A DNA stretch of 64,000 nt from Hormiphora californensis (lineage: Eukaryota > Animalia > Ctenophora). Positions within the stretch are counted from its first letter, which is position 1, and each line of letters opens with the position of its first letter. Under the pieces are notes generated by a model. That model was not told the origin of the DNA, searched no databases, and worked only from the letters and a program-made list of their open reading frames with translations. A program made the translations under genes and the position numbers. Where the stretch lies: contig CM035351.1 of NCBI GenBank assembly GCA_020137815.1, forward strand, positions 9,858,001 to 9,922,000. The letters are read 5' to 3'. Of this stretch, positions 50,140-62,180 are shown piece after piece.

Positions 50140-51876
50140 AGCTGGTATTAATAAACGGGGATTCGCGGATTCGCGGATAATGTCCCGGATCGCGGATAAA
50201 ATCGCGGATAATTAATCCCGGATTGGATCGCGGATCGCGGATAAGTAATCACGGATTGCGGATCGGGGATAAGTGATTGCGGATTGCGGATTGCGGATCG
50301 CGGATTGCGGATCGCGGATTGCGGATCGCGGATAAGTAATCGCGGATTGCGGATCGCGGATTGCGGATCGCGGATTGCGGATCGCGGATCGCGGATTGCG
50401 GATCGCGGATAAGTAATCGCGGATTGCGGATCGCGGATTGCGGATCGCGGATAAGTAATCGCGGATTGCGGATTGCGGATCGCGGATAAGTAATCGCGGA
50501 TTGCGGATTGCGGATCGCGGATAAAAAATCGCGGATAAAAAATCGCGGATAGAAAATCGCGGATAAAAAATCGCGGATAAAAAATCGCGGATAAAAAATC
50601 GCGGATAAAAAATCGCGGATAAAAAATCGTGGATAAAAAATTGCGGATAACAAATCGCGGATAACAAATCGCGGATAAAAAATCGCGGATAAAAAATCGC
50701 GGATAAAAAATCGCGGATAAAAAATCGTGGATAAAAAATTGCGGATAACAAATCGCGGATAACAAATCGCGGATAAAAAATCGCGGATAAAAATTGCGGA
50801 TAAAAAATCGCGGATAACGTTTTTATCTCTTTTTAGGTAATTTGTGGTCATTCTCAGGTGATTTTGATCGATTCCAGGTCATTTTGCTCATTTCTATGTC
50901 AATTTGGCCATTTCTGTACCATTTCTTGGCCACGTTGGTCAATTCTAGTTCATTTCCAGGTCATTCCTGTATATAGTGCATTGTGCTAGACCATTTTCGT
51001 GTGGATTTAGATGGTTCTGGGACACTTTGGTCAATTACGAGTAATTTATGTGTATATTTGGATACTTTTAGGACTCTAATGTGACCGAAGTGTCCTAGAA
51101 CCATCTAAATCCACACGAAAATGGTCTAGCACAATGCACTATATACAGGAATGACCTGGAAATGAACTAGAATTGACCAACGTGGCCAAGAAATGGTACA
51201 GAAATGGCCAAATTGACATAGAAATGAGCAAAATGACCTGGAATCGATCAAAATCACCTGAGAATGACCACAAATTACCTAAAAAGAGATAAAAACGTTA
51301 TCCGCGATTTTTTATCCGCAATTTTTATCCGCAATTTTTATCCGCGATTTTTTATCCGCGATTTTTTATCCGCGATTTTTTATCCGCGATTTTTTATCCG
51401 CGATTTTTTATCCACGATTTTTTATCCGCGATTTTTTATCCGCGATTTTTTATCCGCGATTTTCTATCCGCGATTTTTTATCCGCGATTTTTTATCCGCA
51501 ATCCGCAATCCGCAATCCGCGATTACTTATCCGCGATTACTTATCCGCGATTACTTATCCGCGATCCGCAATCCGCGATTACTTATCCGCGATCCGCAAT
51601 CCGCGATTACTTATCCGCGATCCGCAATCCGCGATTACTTATCCGCGATCCGCAATCCGCGATCCGCAATCCGCGATCCGCGATTACTTATCCGCGATCC
51701 GCAATCCGCGATTACTTATCCGCGATCCGCAATCCGCGATCACTTATCCCCGATCCGCAATCCGCAATTACTTATCCGCGATCCGCGATCCAATCCGGGA
51801 TTAATTATCCGCGATTTTATCCGCGATCCGGGACATTATCCGCGAATCCGCGAATCCCCGTTTATTAATACCAGCT
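50140..51876. mobile_element. 1.7-kb foldback element with 3-bp TSD CTT and ATCGCGG arrays
   Basis: TIR AGCTGGTATTAATAAACGGGG; removing it restores GDFNTPCIEW. Confidence 0.9.
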
Positions 51877-52462
51877 CTTGTATAGAATGGGACCCACCTA
51901 CGACTGTTGTGCTGGGGATTTCAGGGGACATCGAGGAACACGACTGGGAGGAAATTTACAATTATAGCTGTTATACTACTAGAACATGCCTAGAAAGTTT
52001 CATGTCAAAATATCAAACGGTGTGGCCACAGTTCGTAAATCAATTTTCCAAAAAATGTGCAGGGGCAACCCTAAAATGTGTAGGGGCACCCAAAAAAGGT
52101 CATTTTTGTATGCCTATAACTAATCAATTTTGACTATTCCCACTTTTTGTAGATCATTTTTTATGCATGAAGAACATTCCTACAAAGTTTCAAGTCGATA
52201 TTTCAAGTAGAACGGAAAATAAAAACGGTGCAGGGGACAAAACACGCCATGTGCAGGGGAACGGTACAGGGGCTGATTTTTAATAGCCTATAATTAATAA
52301 ATTACATATACTTAAAAAAATTAAAAATTCGGCTCCACTACTTTTTTTGTTTTTTCTGTTTTCTTCGGGTCGGAGGTGCCTGCCGGCACCTAAATAATAT
52401 GGGTCCTTCTACTTTCTAGTCATGTAATTTCTATTAGTTTTTGACATAATCATAATACATAC

Positions 52463-52615
52463 TTTTCTTCTTGTTCTCCTTCACTAAAGTCTTCTTCAGA
52501 GTGAGTAACAGTCTCGTCTGGAAATATTTCATAATTTTCAGGAACGTCACAACTCCACACATGAGTACTTCGATCGCCACTTGCCGTTAAGACAAGTGGT
52601 AGTTGGGGATGAAAC
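52463..52615 (-). CDS. WDR37: WDR37-like exon (WD40 end plus acidic linker)
   Basis: ttcag acceptor and gtatgt donor; 153 bp, phase 2 to 2. Encodes FHPQLPLVLTASGDRSTHVWSCDVPEN...EEDFSEGEQEE. Confidence 0.92.
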
Positions 52616-52678
52616 CTGAAAATTCATGACAATAGTAAGGTGTTTTTAAGAGCTGCGTGTTGTGTAGAAAACCTTTTG

Positions 52679-53808
52679 GGGCAGGTCGGTAGAACTTCGA
52701 CAGAATTTAGGGTAGGTCAATTTAGGGTAGGTCTGAATTTAGGGTAGGTCAATTTAGGGTAGGTCTGAATTTAGGGTAGGTCTGAATTTAGGGTAGGTCA
52801 ACTTAGGGTAGGTCTGAATTTAGGGTAGGTCTGAATTCAGGGTAGGTCCGTAATGTATCGTTTATCAAAGCATTGCAATTCGACATTAGATTCTGATTAG
52901 GTCGCTGAACCGCGTCCCGTATCTCGTATCTCTTCGATCTTAGTCACCGATTAGGTCGCTGAACCACGTCCCGTATCTCGTGTCAACTCATTGAAATTCG
53001 AGGTTAGACACAGATTAGGTCACTGAACCACGTCCCGTATCTTGTATCAAATCATTACAATTCGAGGTTAGACAAAAATTAGATGGCAAACGAATTTCAT
53101 TTGATGCGATATGGAACACAGTCTACCGACCTAACTCAGTTCACCTACTTTAAGTAGTAGGGTAGCGACTGGCTATTTGAAATGGCGGCTAATTTGAAAT
53201 ACCCCCTCTACAGGCCAGCAGTTGCACCAGATTTGGATTTTTAGACATCAGTGGGCTAGTCAGAACTCATGCCAAGCCCACTGATGTCTAAAAATCCAAA
53301 TCTGGTGCACCTGCTGGCCTGTAGAGGGGGTGTTTCAAATTAGCCGCCATTTCAAATAGCCAGTCGCTACTCTACTTAGTGTCGGTGACTCGAATTTCAA
53401 TGAGTTGATACGAGATACGGGACGTGTTTTAGGGGCCTAATTTGAGTCTAACCTCGAATTTCAATGAGTTGACACGAGATACGGGACGTGGTTCAGCGAC
53501 CTAATCGGTGACTAAGATCGAAGAGATACGAGATACGGGACGCGGTTCAGCGACCTAATCAGAACCTAATGTCGAATTGCAATGCTTTGATAAACGATAC
53601 ATTACGGACCTACCTTAAATTCAGACCTACCCTAAATTCAGACCTACCCTAAATTGACCTACCCTAAATTCAGACCTACCCTAAATGCACCTACCCTAAG
53701 TTCAGACCTACCCTAAATTTACCTACCCTAAATTCAGACCTACCCTAAATTCAGACCTACCCTAAATTGACATACCCTAAATTCTGTCGAAGTTCTACCG
53801 ACCTGCCC
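52679..53808. mobile_element. Foldback element with TTTAGGGTAGGTC subrepeats and a nested palindrome (53156-53376)
   Basis: TIR GGGCAGGTCGGTAGAACTTCGAC; related GGCAGGTCGGAA ends at about 2784 and 3200. Confidence 0.85.
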
Positions 53809-54288
53809 AAACCGCTGAACACGACCCTGACCATAAAAAGTTGATATATCAAGAACATGCCAAACACTGGTGTAAAACACACATATTTTACTTTTTTCGG
53901 TAAAAAGTAAACTTTTTTAATCGCCTGGCCCACGTAATTGACATACACTACCCCAATTCCGTTTTCAGGATGTAGTAGACAATTGTCCATAGTTTCATAT
54001 CTACCCTTAAACTATTGGCCAAGTCGACAAAATTTTCACTTAGCACACCCTAGACTGCGCACTTCCGATCATCATGGATTTTTTTTGGTAATACTAGACA
54101 CCCATATGAGACATTTGGTGAAGAAATTAGCTTGTTACAAATTTTGCCCAAGATTTGGCCCTTTCTTCATTAGTACTCCCTAACTAGTAAATAGGGATGA
54201 CAAACTTCAAATCACCATCTATGTATTTTCTCTAATTTACAGAACATTGTTTTGCTCTGATTTTCACCACCTCCATTCTTACATTTTC

Positions 54289-54357
54289 CATCAGTGGTGT
54301 AGTGGTTACACCATGGACTCTCACCCCGATGATCAGGGTTCGAATCCGGATGGGGTG
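54289..54357 (+). pseudogene. tRNA-derived (SINE head-like) sequence
   Basis: A box TGGTGTAGTGGT and B box GGTTCGAATCC; stems degenerate. Confidence 0.55.
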
Positions 54358-54645
54358 ATTTGGCTTACTCTTTACTTTCATGATTTTTCTCTCTTTATTC
54401 ATACCAATGTGTTGTAACATGACACTGATAACATCACAATATCATAGAAGAACGCTTGTCAGTGCATATGTGTGAGATCTCTCTCATCGATGTCAGGATC
54501 TCTAGTCGGTAGAGAGGGAGCGTAGGAGGTAGCCTGTGATAGTCACGGATCCCGCAGCGCACGATCTGCCAATTGCTGAAAAGTCATACTTTGTAGACTA
54601 GAGATCCAAACATTATATAGAGCGCTGAATAGTGAAATAAGCACA

Positions 54646-54716
54646 AGGTTGGTGGTCGAGTGGTATGAATCTCGCCTGTCAAGCGGGAGACCCGGGTTTG
54701 ATCCTCAGGTTTGACA
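54646..54716 (+). pseudogene. tRNA-Asp(GTC)-like pseudogene or SINE head
   Basis: TGGTCGAGTGGT..CTCGCCTGTCAAGCGGGAGACCCGGGTTTGATCC; acceptor stem broken. Confidence 0.55.
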
Positions 54717-55171
54717 AAAACTCAAAATTTTTTTTAAATGTAACCCTTTGTTATTATGTACATATAATACTCTAGTTAATTAATCGATGTGTTGAAACTT
54801 AATTAATAAAATAGAAAAATTTGTTTCCATCCTACTCAATTTTTTTAAACTCAGGATCCTAGTCGGATTGAGATACTTTGACACTGGGTCACTGTGTGTA
54901 TTGGCCCCAATCTTGCTCTCTCTTACTCAAATATGTTAGGAACAGTTGCAACTAGGTGCCAGTTAGTCTACACACAGTTTGGGGACGTCTGTTGACTATT
55001 TTTTAAACCAGTTTAATCGCCCTGCCGGGCGATTAAACTCCAGTTGGCTCTCCCCAGCTAGCGCTGGGAAAAGCCAACTTGATAACGCGCCAAGCTACAA
55101 ACGTTCATAGTTCATTTGTGCCATACCACTAGAAAACACTTGCAATGTCAGTGCTTAACCCCGAAACTAAC

Positions 55172-55342
55172 CTGATAGAGTTAACACTGCCAGAATGGCC
55201 GAGGTACTTCAGTAGACAGTTTTTACCATCTGCTTGCCAAATTCGAGCCGTTTTATCATTGCTAGCTGTGCCAATAATAGCCTTTCCTTTCAACCAAGAG
55301 CAATAACATACATCCCAAACGCCGTCTTTGTGTCCTGAATAT
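55172..55342 (-). CDS. WDR37: WDR37-like exon (WD40 repeats 1-2)
   Basis: tttag acceptor and gttagt donor; 171 bp, phase 2 to 2. Encodes YSGHKDGVWDVCYCSWLKGKAIIGTASNDKTARIWQADGKNCLLKYLGHSGSVNSIR. Not in the ORF track. Confidence 0.92.
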
Positions 55343-55410
55343 CTAAATGTATAAAACGAATCAATGAGTATTATAGATTTAAAGACATTTACTTAATAGG
55401 TATATAGGTA

Positions 55411-55675
55411 CAGGGTGGTTCAGAAACATGGAGCCACTTTGAGATAACTTAAGTGTCAATACAGTTCGCTCTCCAATGTACAGTGTAATTAAACACCTAT
55501 CTTCACAGTCTCTTGACTAGAAAAAGCGTCCCCTGAGGATTGCGATCGACAGAGAGTCACTCTTTCCTTTTGAAATGACAGGGAAAACGTTGAAATTCGG
55601 ATCCGTACAATAGAGAGAGGATTGTATTTTCCCCATTCTTATCTCCAAGTGGCTCCATGTTTCTGAACCACCCTG
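55411..55675. mobile_element. Tc1/mariner MITE
   Basis: TA|CAGGGTGGTTCAGAAACATGGAGCCAC TIR. Confidence 0.85.
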
Positions 55676-56520
55676 TATATAAGATAAGTTATATGAGTTA
55701 TAAACTCTAGCCACTGGCTCGTTATTTCAGATAGCTTTCTCCCAGTGCGCCGCTGGGAGAAGCTACCTGGAGTTTATCCGCCAGTGGCAGATAAACTGGT
55801 TTAAACCAATAACGTGAAGGTGGTCAGAGTATATATCCTACTTTTATTATTTAGTTGTTTGTTTGAAGTATTACACACTAACAAGAGAGACTGGCAAGTC
55901 AGCTCTGTTGACCTAAATTTCGGCAGGATTTCAGCCGGCGACCATATTTAAATTTCAGGATAGAAACAATCCTTGTGTTTCAGTACACATTCGTATTTTT
56001 CACAATTGTGCGAAGTTTTGAGGACACATGCCTTCATTTGGTCCTTTTAAATTTAAAATGTGGATGAAATCACCAGAGATTAGTTCTAACTTCATTGAAT
56101 CTGAATCTTAAAAAATCGGCAAGATATCGGCAGATCTGATATCTATATTCCTCGCATATTCCTTAGGAATGGGGAGGGAAAGTTGACAATTTCCTGCCGG
56201 AAAATAAAAAAATTGAAATTTTCTAAACTAATCAAGTTTTAGCACTAACCCCACTAATTTTGGGACGCTGAATCACGTGAGCTACTTGCTCTTTGAGTAA
56301 GAGAGAGAGAGAGCAAGATTGGGGCCAATACACACAGTGACCCAGTGTCAAAGTATCTCAATTCGACTAGGATCCTGAATTTAAAAAAAATTGAGTAGGA
56401 TGGAAACAAATTTTTCTATTTCATGTCATTGCCCACTATCCCCACTAATTTTTATACGCTGAATCACATGAGTTACTTTTCGAAGTTCTCCGGGGTCAAT
56501 TAAAGGAGCTAATTGGTATA

Positions 56521-57516
56521 CAGTCGGACCCCGATTTAGGGGCCCCCGATTTAGTGGCACCCCGATTTAGGGACATATTTTTTCCCCCGATATAAGAAAT
56601 TAACCTTATTTGACCCCGATTTAGTGGACACCCCGATTTAGTGGACAAGAGCTAGGGTGTGACAAACGCCCCGACCTTCTTCGATTGCTCCAAATAATTT
56701 TTTGGGTGTGAGGTTTGACTTGAAATGAAATAATATGAAGTTTGAAGTCAATCGGATGTAATTAAGGGGTCGCCGAGAATTAATTATGATTTTACCTGTT
56801 GCGCGAGTGAAATTCGCCGTTTAAGTGACTTCCGGGAAGTTTTGGCGTTCCTCTCGAACACCATCTGATCCGGAATGGCCATGTTTATATACGACTTATG
56901 AAGCAACATATGGTCTAAAATGCAGTTTTGGAGCTAGGAGCGATTTTCTGTTTGATAACTTAGTCACGTGACATGTAGCTTACTGGGCATAAAATCGCCC
57001 GTAGCGCCAAAACTAAGCATTTTAGGCCATATGTTGCTTCATAAGTCGTATATAAACATGGCCATTCCGGAGCGGATCCTTTTGTCAAAAATCAATTTGG
57101 GCCACCCGATTAGCCACAATCAGCATCTTGGCCCACACGCATGACGTCATAATTGAAATTCACTTATTCGCCCATAACTCCAAAACTAAGCATTTTAGAC
57201 CCTATGTTGCTTCATAAGTTGTATATAAACATGGCCATTCCGGATCGGAAGTGTTCGAGAGGAACGCCAAAACTTCCCGGAAGTCACTTAAACGGTGAAT
57301 TTCACTCGCGCAACAGGTAAAATCATAATTAATTATCGGCGACCCCTTAATTACATCCGATTGACTTCAAACTTCATATTATTTCATTTCAAGTCGAACC
57401 TCACACACAAAAAAATATTTGGAGTGATTGGATGAATTTGAAAAAATGATGGGGCGTTTGTCACACCCTAACAAGAGCCTTTCTCCCGAGGGTGTCCCTA
57501 AATCGGGGTCCGACTG
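56521..57516. mobile_element. CAGTCGGACCCC MITE containing a hAT-like insert
   Basis: TA TSD; an uninterrupted copy lies at 57670-57815. Confidence 0.85.
56653..57470. mobile_element. hAT-like MITE with 8-bp TSD ACAAGAGC
   Basis: TIR TAGGGTGTGACAAACGCCCC; long subterminal inverted arms. Confidence 0.9.
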
Positions 57517-58173
57517 TAATTGGTCGTTAATTGGTAAAAATTAACAAGTCCGATTGTTACAATCGTGAAATTGAAAAATCGGCAACTTTTTTGTTATTCT
57601 CTGGCGATTCCCGGCAGCTTCAAATTGGCGTGCCACCGGGTGTAAGTGTGGAACCAAATTTTAGTAATACAGTTGGACCCCGATTTAGTGGCACCCCGAT
57701 TTAGGGACAGGATTTTTCCCCCCGATATAGGAAATTAACCTTATTTGACCCCGATTTAGTGGACAAGAGCCTTTCCCCCGAGGTCCGAGGGTGTCCCTAA
57801 ATCGGGGTCCGACTGTACGAGGCTAAAAATTGAATGGCAAAAATTTTAAATTCGTGGCATTTTTTGAAATCTTTGCTCTGGGTAGGGCTGATACACCTTG
57901 TGTCCTCTACAAATTCCCGAAGTTTCAGCCTTCTAGCCTTAAAATTATAATTAAGGGACCTTAAAAACCGCAATTTAGGCTCCTATTTTTTCCAACTTTG
58001 AGGGGCTGTAGCATAAATATGAATTCGAGTTAAGGGCTAAAATTGCATTTTTGAGGTCTCCTAAGTATGCCCTAAGTATGCCCCATATGGTGAGCTAAGC
58101 GGACACTCGAAAACAAGAATAAATGCATTATGTTTCATAATGCTATGTTTCCCCGCCAACCTTTCATCCCTAA

Positions 58174-58463
58174 GGGGAAACTCTAACTGAATGGCATCCC
58201 ATTAATGGGATCCCATCAACAGTAAAACTCTAACTGATAATGGACCACAGTGATGGTTCTTTCTCTGTATTCTCTCTGTAGGCAGTACATCTATGTACTG
58301 CCTACAGAGAGAATACAGAGAAAGAACTATAGGGCATGCCCGGGCACGGGCGCGCACACAGAGAGAATACAGAGAAAGAACCATCACTGTGGTCCATTAT
58401 CAGTTAGAGTTTTACTGTTGATGGGATCCCATTAATGGGATGCCATTCAGTTAGAGTTTCCCC
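58174..58463. mobile_element. PIF/Harbinger-like palindromic MITE
   Basis: TAA TSD; TIR GGGGAAACTCTAACTGA. Confidence 0.85.
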
Positions 58464-58849
58464 TAACATGAAGGCGGACAGACATTTCGGATGATTTATA
58501 GATCACGCAAACAGTATAGAACAAACCCTTGTGTTTTAGTTGCACTAAATTGCGTGCCACATTGCGGAATTGCGCACCACACATTTCCTGAAAACGTGTC
58601 AATGAAGTGGTTTATGAAGGAGCAGGTAGTTGTTGTGTGCGCAGCTCTAGTTGCTACATGTTGCCCCTCGCAACCTGAAACGGGACAAGAGAGCTGACTT
58701 GCTACACATAGTCACTATATCCGTTTAGATTTCTAAACCCACTATGCCTTTTTGCAAAAGGCATCCGGGTGAAGGCCTTCGGCCTACACCCAGGCGGGGA
58801 AAAAATTTCGCCGAGGAGTACCCTTAATAGTTACGATTATAAAACATAC

Positions 58850-59090
58850 CGAGTTACAAGCTTTATATGTACAGGAGGAAGATTAACAGGGCGAAAAGAA
58901 CTGACAATTTTATTCGTCTGTTCCTTGTATTTGATCATCACTTTCTTTGAAAATTGACTTGGGTTCTTCCGGAGATGCTGCCATGCACCATCCAACTCAA
59001 AGGTGTGCATATTGCTGATTCCTTCCTGTTGCTTACTTTGATCATCGTGATATTTCAGCTGCCGTTCCATTTGTCGTAACTTGGCTTTTA
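58850..59090 (-). CDS. WDR37: WDR37-like host gene exon (end of N-terminal coiled coil and linker)
   Basis: ttcag acceptor and gtatgt donor. Encodes KAKLRQMERQL...SQFSKKVMIKYKEQTNKIVSSFRP, resembling WDR37 [22 protein letters not shown] as I recall it. Phase 1 to phase 2, matching the next exon. Confidence 0.85.
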
Positions 59091-59140
59091 CTGAACGAAA
59101 AGAAAAAATCATTTGGACAAAGAACTGCATCAGGGAGGAT

Positions 59141-59230
59141 CCCGGCTCGAAATGTTCTTGAAGGTGCGACCAATGGGGATTTCTCCATTGGAAAGGTGTG
59201 ATTTAGTAATATTTCACAAAAATCGCGAAT

Positions 59231-59305
<75 letters not shown>

Positions 59306-59837
59306 AGAGAGACTATGTGTGTGTGTGTGTGTGTGTCACACAACCAACACTTGTTCTCCCTCCCATTCTCACACACACACACACACGCACACACACACAA
59401 ACACACATACGCAGGGGGAATTAGTGTTGGTTGTGCGTAATGCACCGACAATAGTCAAGAAGAGAAAGGGGAAGATTGGAGAGATTCATACACTACCATT
59501 GCAATTGGCTCTCTAAATTGTCAATATAGGGTGAGACTAGATTTCCAATCTAATCAGAATATTTCCAATGCCAGTGCCCCATATTGCCACGCGCTTGGAA
59601 ATCTCACCCTGTGTGAGGAGATGGACGTAACACGCGAAAAAATAAAGTTTCATATGCCATTTTTTGAAAATTTTTAAATTTTTCAAATTTCTCCATTTTG
59701 AGAATAAATAACAATTTCAGTTTTATTACCTTTCTCTCATCAAATTTTGAAATGTTTTTCTAATTTATAAAAGTGAGATTTTAGGTCTAAAAGTGAGATC
59801 AATTACATTGTCATATTGGCGAACATTTCGAGCCGGG
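59141..59837. mobile_element. TIR element with 8-bp TSD GGGAGGAT
   Basis: 17-bp TIR CCCGGCTCGAAATGTTC; contains (GA)n and (CA)n. Confidence 0.8.
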
Positions 59838-59994
59838 GGGAGGATAGGCACTGAAGTTAAGATTGCGAATTGAGATCTCAACATCGTCACACACTCTGAA
59901 GTTTCAAGTTCAAAATTTTAGGGAAATATGGAATTATGGAAATATTGAATAAATCAGCCATCTTTGACTGAGAAATTATTTGCAAAAAGCTAAT

Positions 59995-61965
59995 TTTTTC
60001 CCTGCCCGGGTGATCTTTTTATCACGCACGTGCTAAAAAGATCATTCAGGGTTTAGAAATCAGCAGATTGTGTAGTTAACTAAAAGTGTCCGTCCGTCCG
60101 TCACGGACAACGCCTAACGACAAGTCTGCTCCTTCATAAAACTTTCATCTCACGCTTCGTTGATTCAACAAAGGAAATGATTAACACACATTGTGGCGCG
60201 AAATTACTCGCTCATAGCACTTACAGCCATGCTATGAAGCCATGCTATGAAGTGATAGAACGTCTTCCAAGCATGAAACTACTGTCACACTAGTGACTCG
60301 AGTTGAGATGCGGTTAAAGTTGAAGCACTTGGTAACCAACTGGGGTCTCCTAAGCAACTGACTTGGTTGCCAATTGCCATAGCAACTGTCCTGGTTACCA
60401 TAGGAATTGCTTTGGTTACCATAGCAACTGCCTTTGGTTACCTTAGCAACTTACCTAGTTACCTTAGTAACCAACATCGCATCAGCCAAAAAATGCTCTC
60501 TGAGCACAAAATTCATCAGGAAATCAAGTTTTGAAGCTTATTCATCAATTTTAAATCCATTTGGCAGGGAAACACCGCATTATGAATACATAATGCAATA
60601 ATTCTTGTTTCACTGGTAAATCTCTCGAGGTGAGGGGGAGGGGCTGCCGGAAGAATCTCATGCCTCATTTGCGATTTTTAGGGTAGCTGAGATTTTGAGA
60701 TTGAGGCAAAAGACGTGAGATTTATGAGATTTTTGAGACAAATCTGCGATTTTTCCGAATAAAGTCACACATTTTTCTCAAAAATTTCAAAGAAAGGAAG
60801 AATTATTGCATTATGTATTCATAATGCGGTGTTTCCCTGCCACAAATGGATTTAAAATTGATGAATAAGCTTCAAAACTGGATTTCCTGATGAATTTCGT
60901 GCTCAAAGAGCATTTTTTGGCTGATGCGATGTTGGTTACTAAGGTAAATAGGTTAGTTGCTATGGTAACCAAAGTAGTTGCTATAGTAACCCGGACAGTT
61001 GCTATGGCTTAGGAGACCCCAGTTGGTTACCAAGTGCTTCAACTTTAACCGCATCTCAACTTGAGTCACTAGTGTGACAGTAGTTTCATACTTGGAAGAC
61101 GTTCAACCACTTCATGGCATGGCTGTAGGGCGCCCAAAGTGATTTCAGGTGGTAGTGGGAAGTGCTATCAGCGAGTAATTGTGCGCCACAATGTGTGTCA
61201 ATCATTTCCTTTGTTGAATCAACAAAGAGTGGGATGAAATTTTTATGAAGGAGCAGACTTGTTGTTAGGCGTTGTCCGTGACGGACGGACGGACGGACAC
61301 ATTTTGTTAACCCACACGATCTGCTGATTTCTAAACCCTGAAATACAAAGTACATAATACAAGATTTAATAATCGTTTATTAAAACTTTTATTACTTGGT
61401 AATCAGCTCCAGAATCTTGATCCTGTCGAGCGCTTTACCAGAAATCCCTTTATAAGCAAACATAAACCCTGAAATATCTTTTTAGCACGTGCGTGCTTAA
61501 AACATCATCCGGGGTAATGCCCTTCACCGGGTGAATGCCCTTCACCCGGGCAGGGAAAAAAATTTCATAGAAAGGAAAAATGTCCATTCTAAAGTTTGGG
61601 ATAGAAACAATCCTTGCGTTTTTTAACCAACAAGAATTATTGCATTATGTGTTCATAATGCGGTGTTTCCCTGCCACAAATGGTGCTAAATTGATGACTA
61701 AGCTCCAAAACTCGATTTCCCGATGAATTTTGCACTCTAAGAGCCATTTTTTGGCTGATACGCTGTTAGTTGCTATGGTATCCAAGTGGTAGCTATGGTA
61801 ATCAAAATTCAAAGCACTTGCTATGATAAGTAAGGTAGTTGCTTAGGAGACCCTGGTTGGTTACCAAGTGCTTCAACTTTTATACCTTCGCTCATCTTAA
61901 CTCCAGTCACTTGCAATTATTGTGTGATAGTAGTTTCAAGCTTGGAAGACTTGCTACCACATCAT
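59995..61965. mobile_element. Cluster of three Helentron-like copies: 59995-60610 (-), 60798-61562 (+), 61630-61965 (+, truncated)
   Basis: Same terminal motifs; GTCC microsatellite; the first two copies form a long inverted pair. A 3' fragment also lies at about 58480-58803. Confidence 0.75.
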
Positions 61966-62180
61966 GGTACCACTGCATGATACGGCAACCCCAAAAACGG
62001 GACACACTGCATTATACGGCAACCCCAAAAAGGCAACCCAAAAACGGGGCGCCACTGCACTATACGGCAACCCCAAAAACGGGGCACCACTGCATTATAC
62101 GGCAACCACAAAAAAGGGGCACCACTGCATTATACGGCAACCCCGAAAAAAAACACACGGGGCACCACTGCATTATACGG
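61966..62180 (+). repeat. Tandem repeat of about 38 bp
   Basis: GGGGCACCACTGCATTATACGGCAACCCCAAAAAC, 5-6 copies. Confidence 0.85.

Larger units (their letters stand above)
47397..51960 (+). mobile_element. 5' half of a degenerate LINE (Cys-rich ORF1 and APE), interrupted by DNA elements
   Basis: ORF1 with QPSHDC..WLCSAC (PHD-like) and CYRLKTGACPHG..CTNFHPKIC. APE motifs IILNMQS, IALTETCL, RRDRDGRTGG, VVYRAP and GDFNTP|CIEW, the last rejoining across 50140-51876. Confidence 0.8.

Noticed and set aside
50148-52133. Long ORFs of 180-290 aa on both strands
   Set aside because: Artefacts of stop-free ATCGCGG arrays in a foldback element.
54289-54716. Functional tRNA genes
   Set aside because: Acceptor stems do not pair.
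61966-62180. CRISPR-like spacing of short repeats (also 27630-28942 and 29000-29125)
   Set aside because: Units are contiguous tandem repeats without unique spacers; eukaryotic intron; no cas genes.
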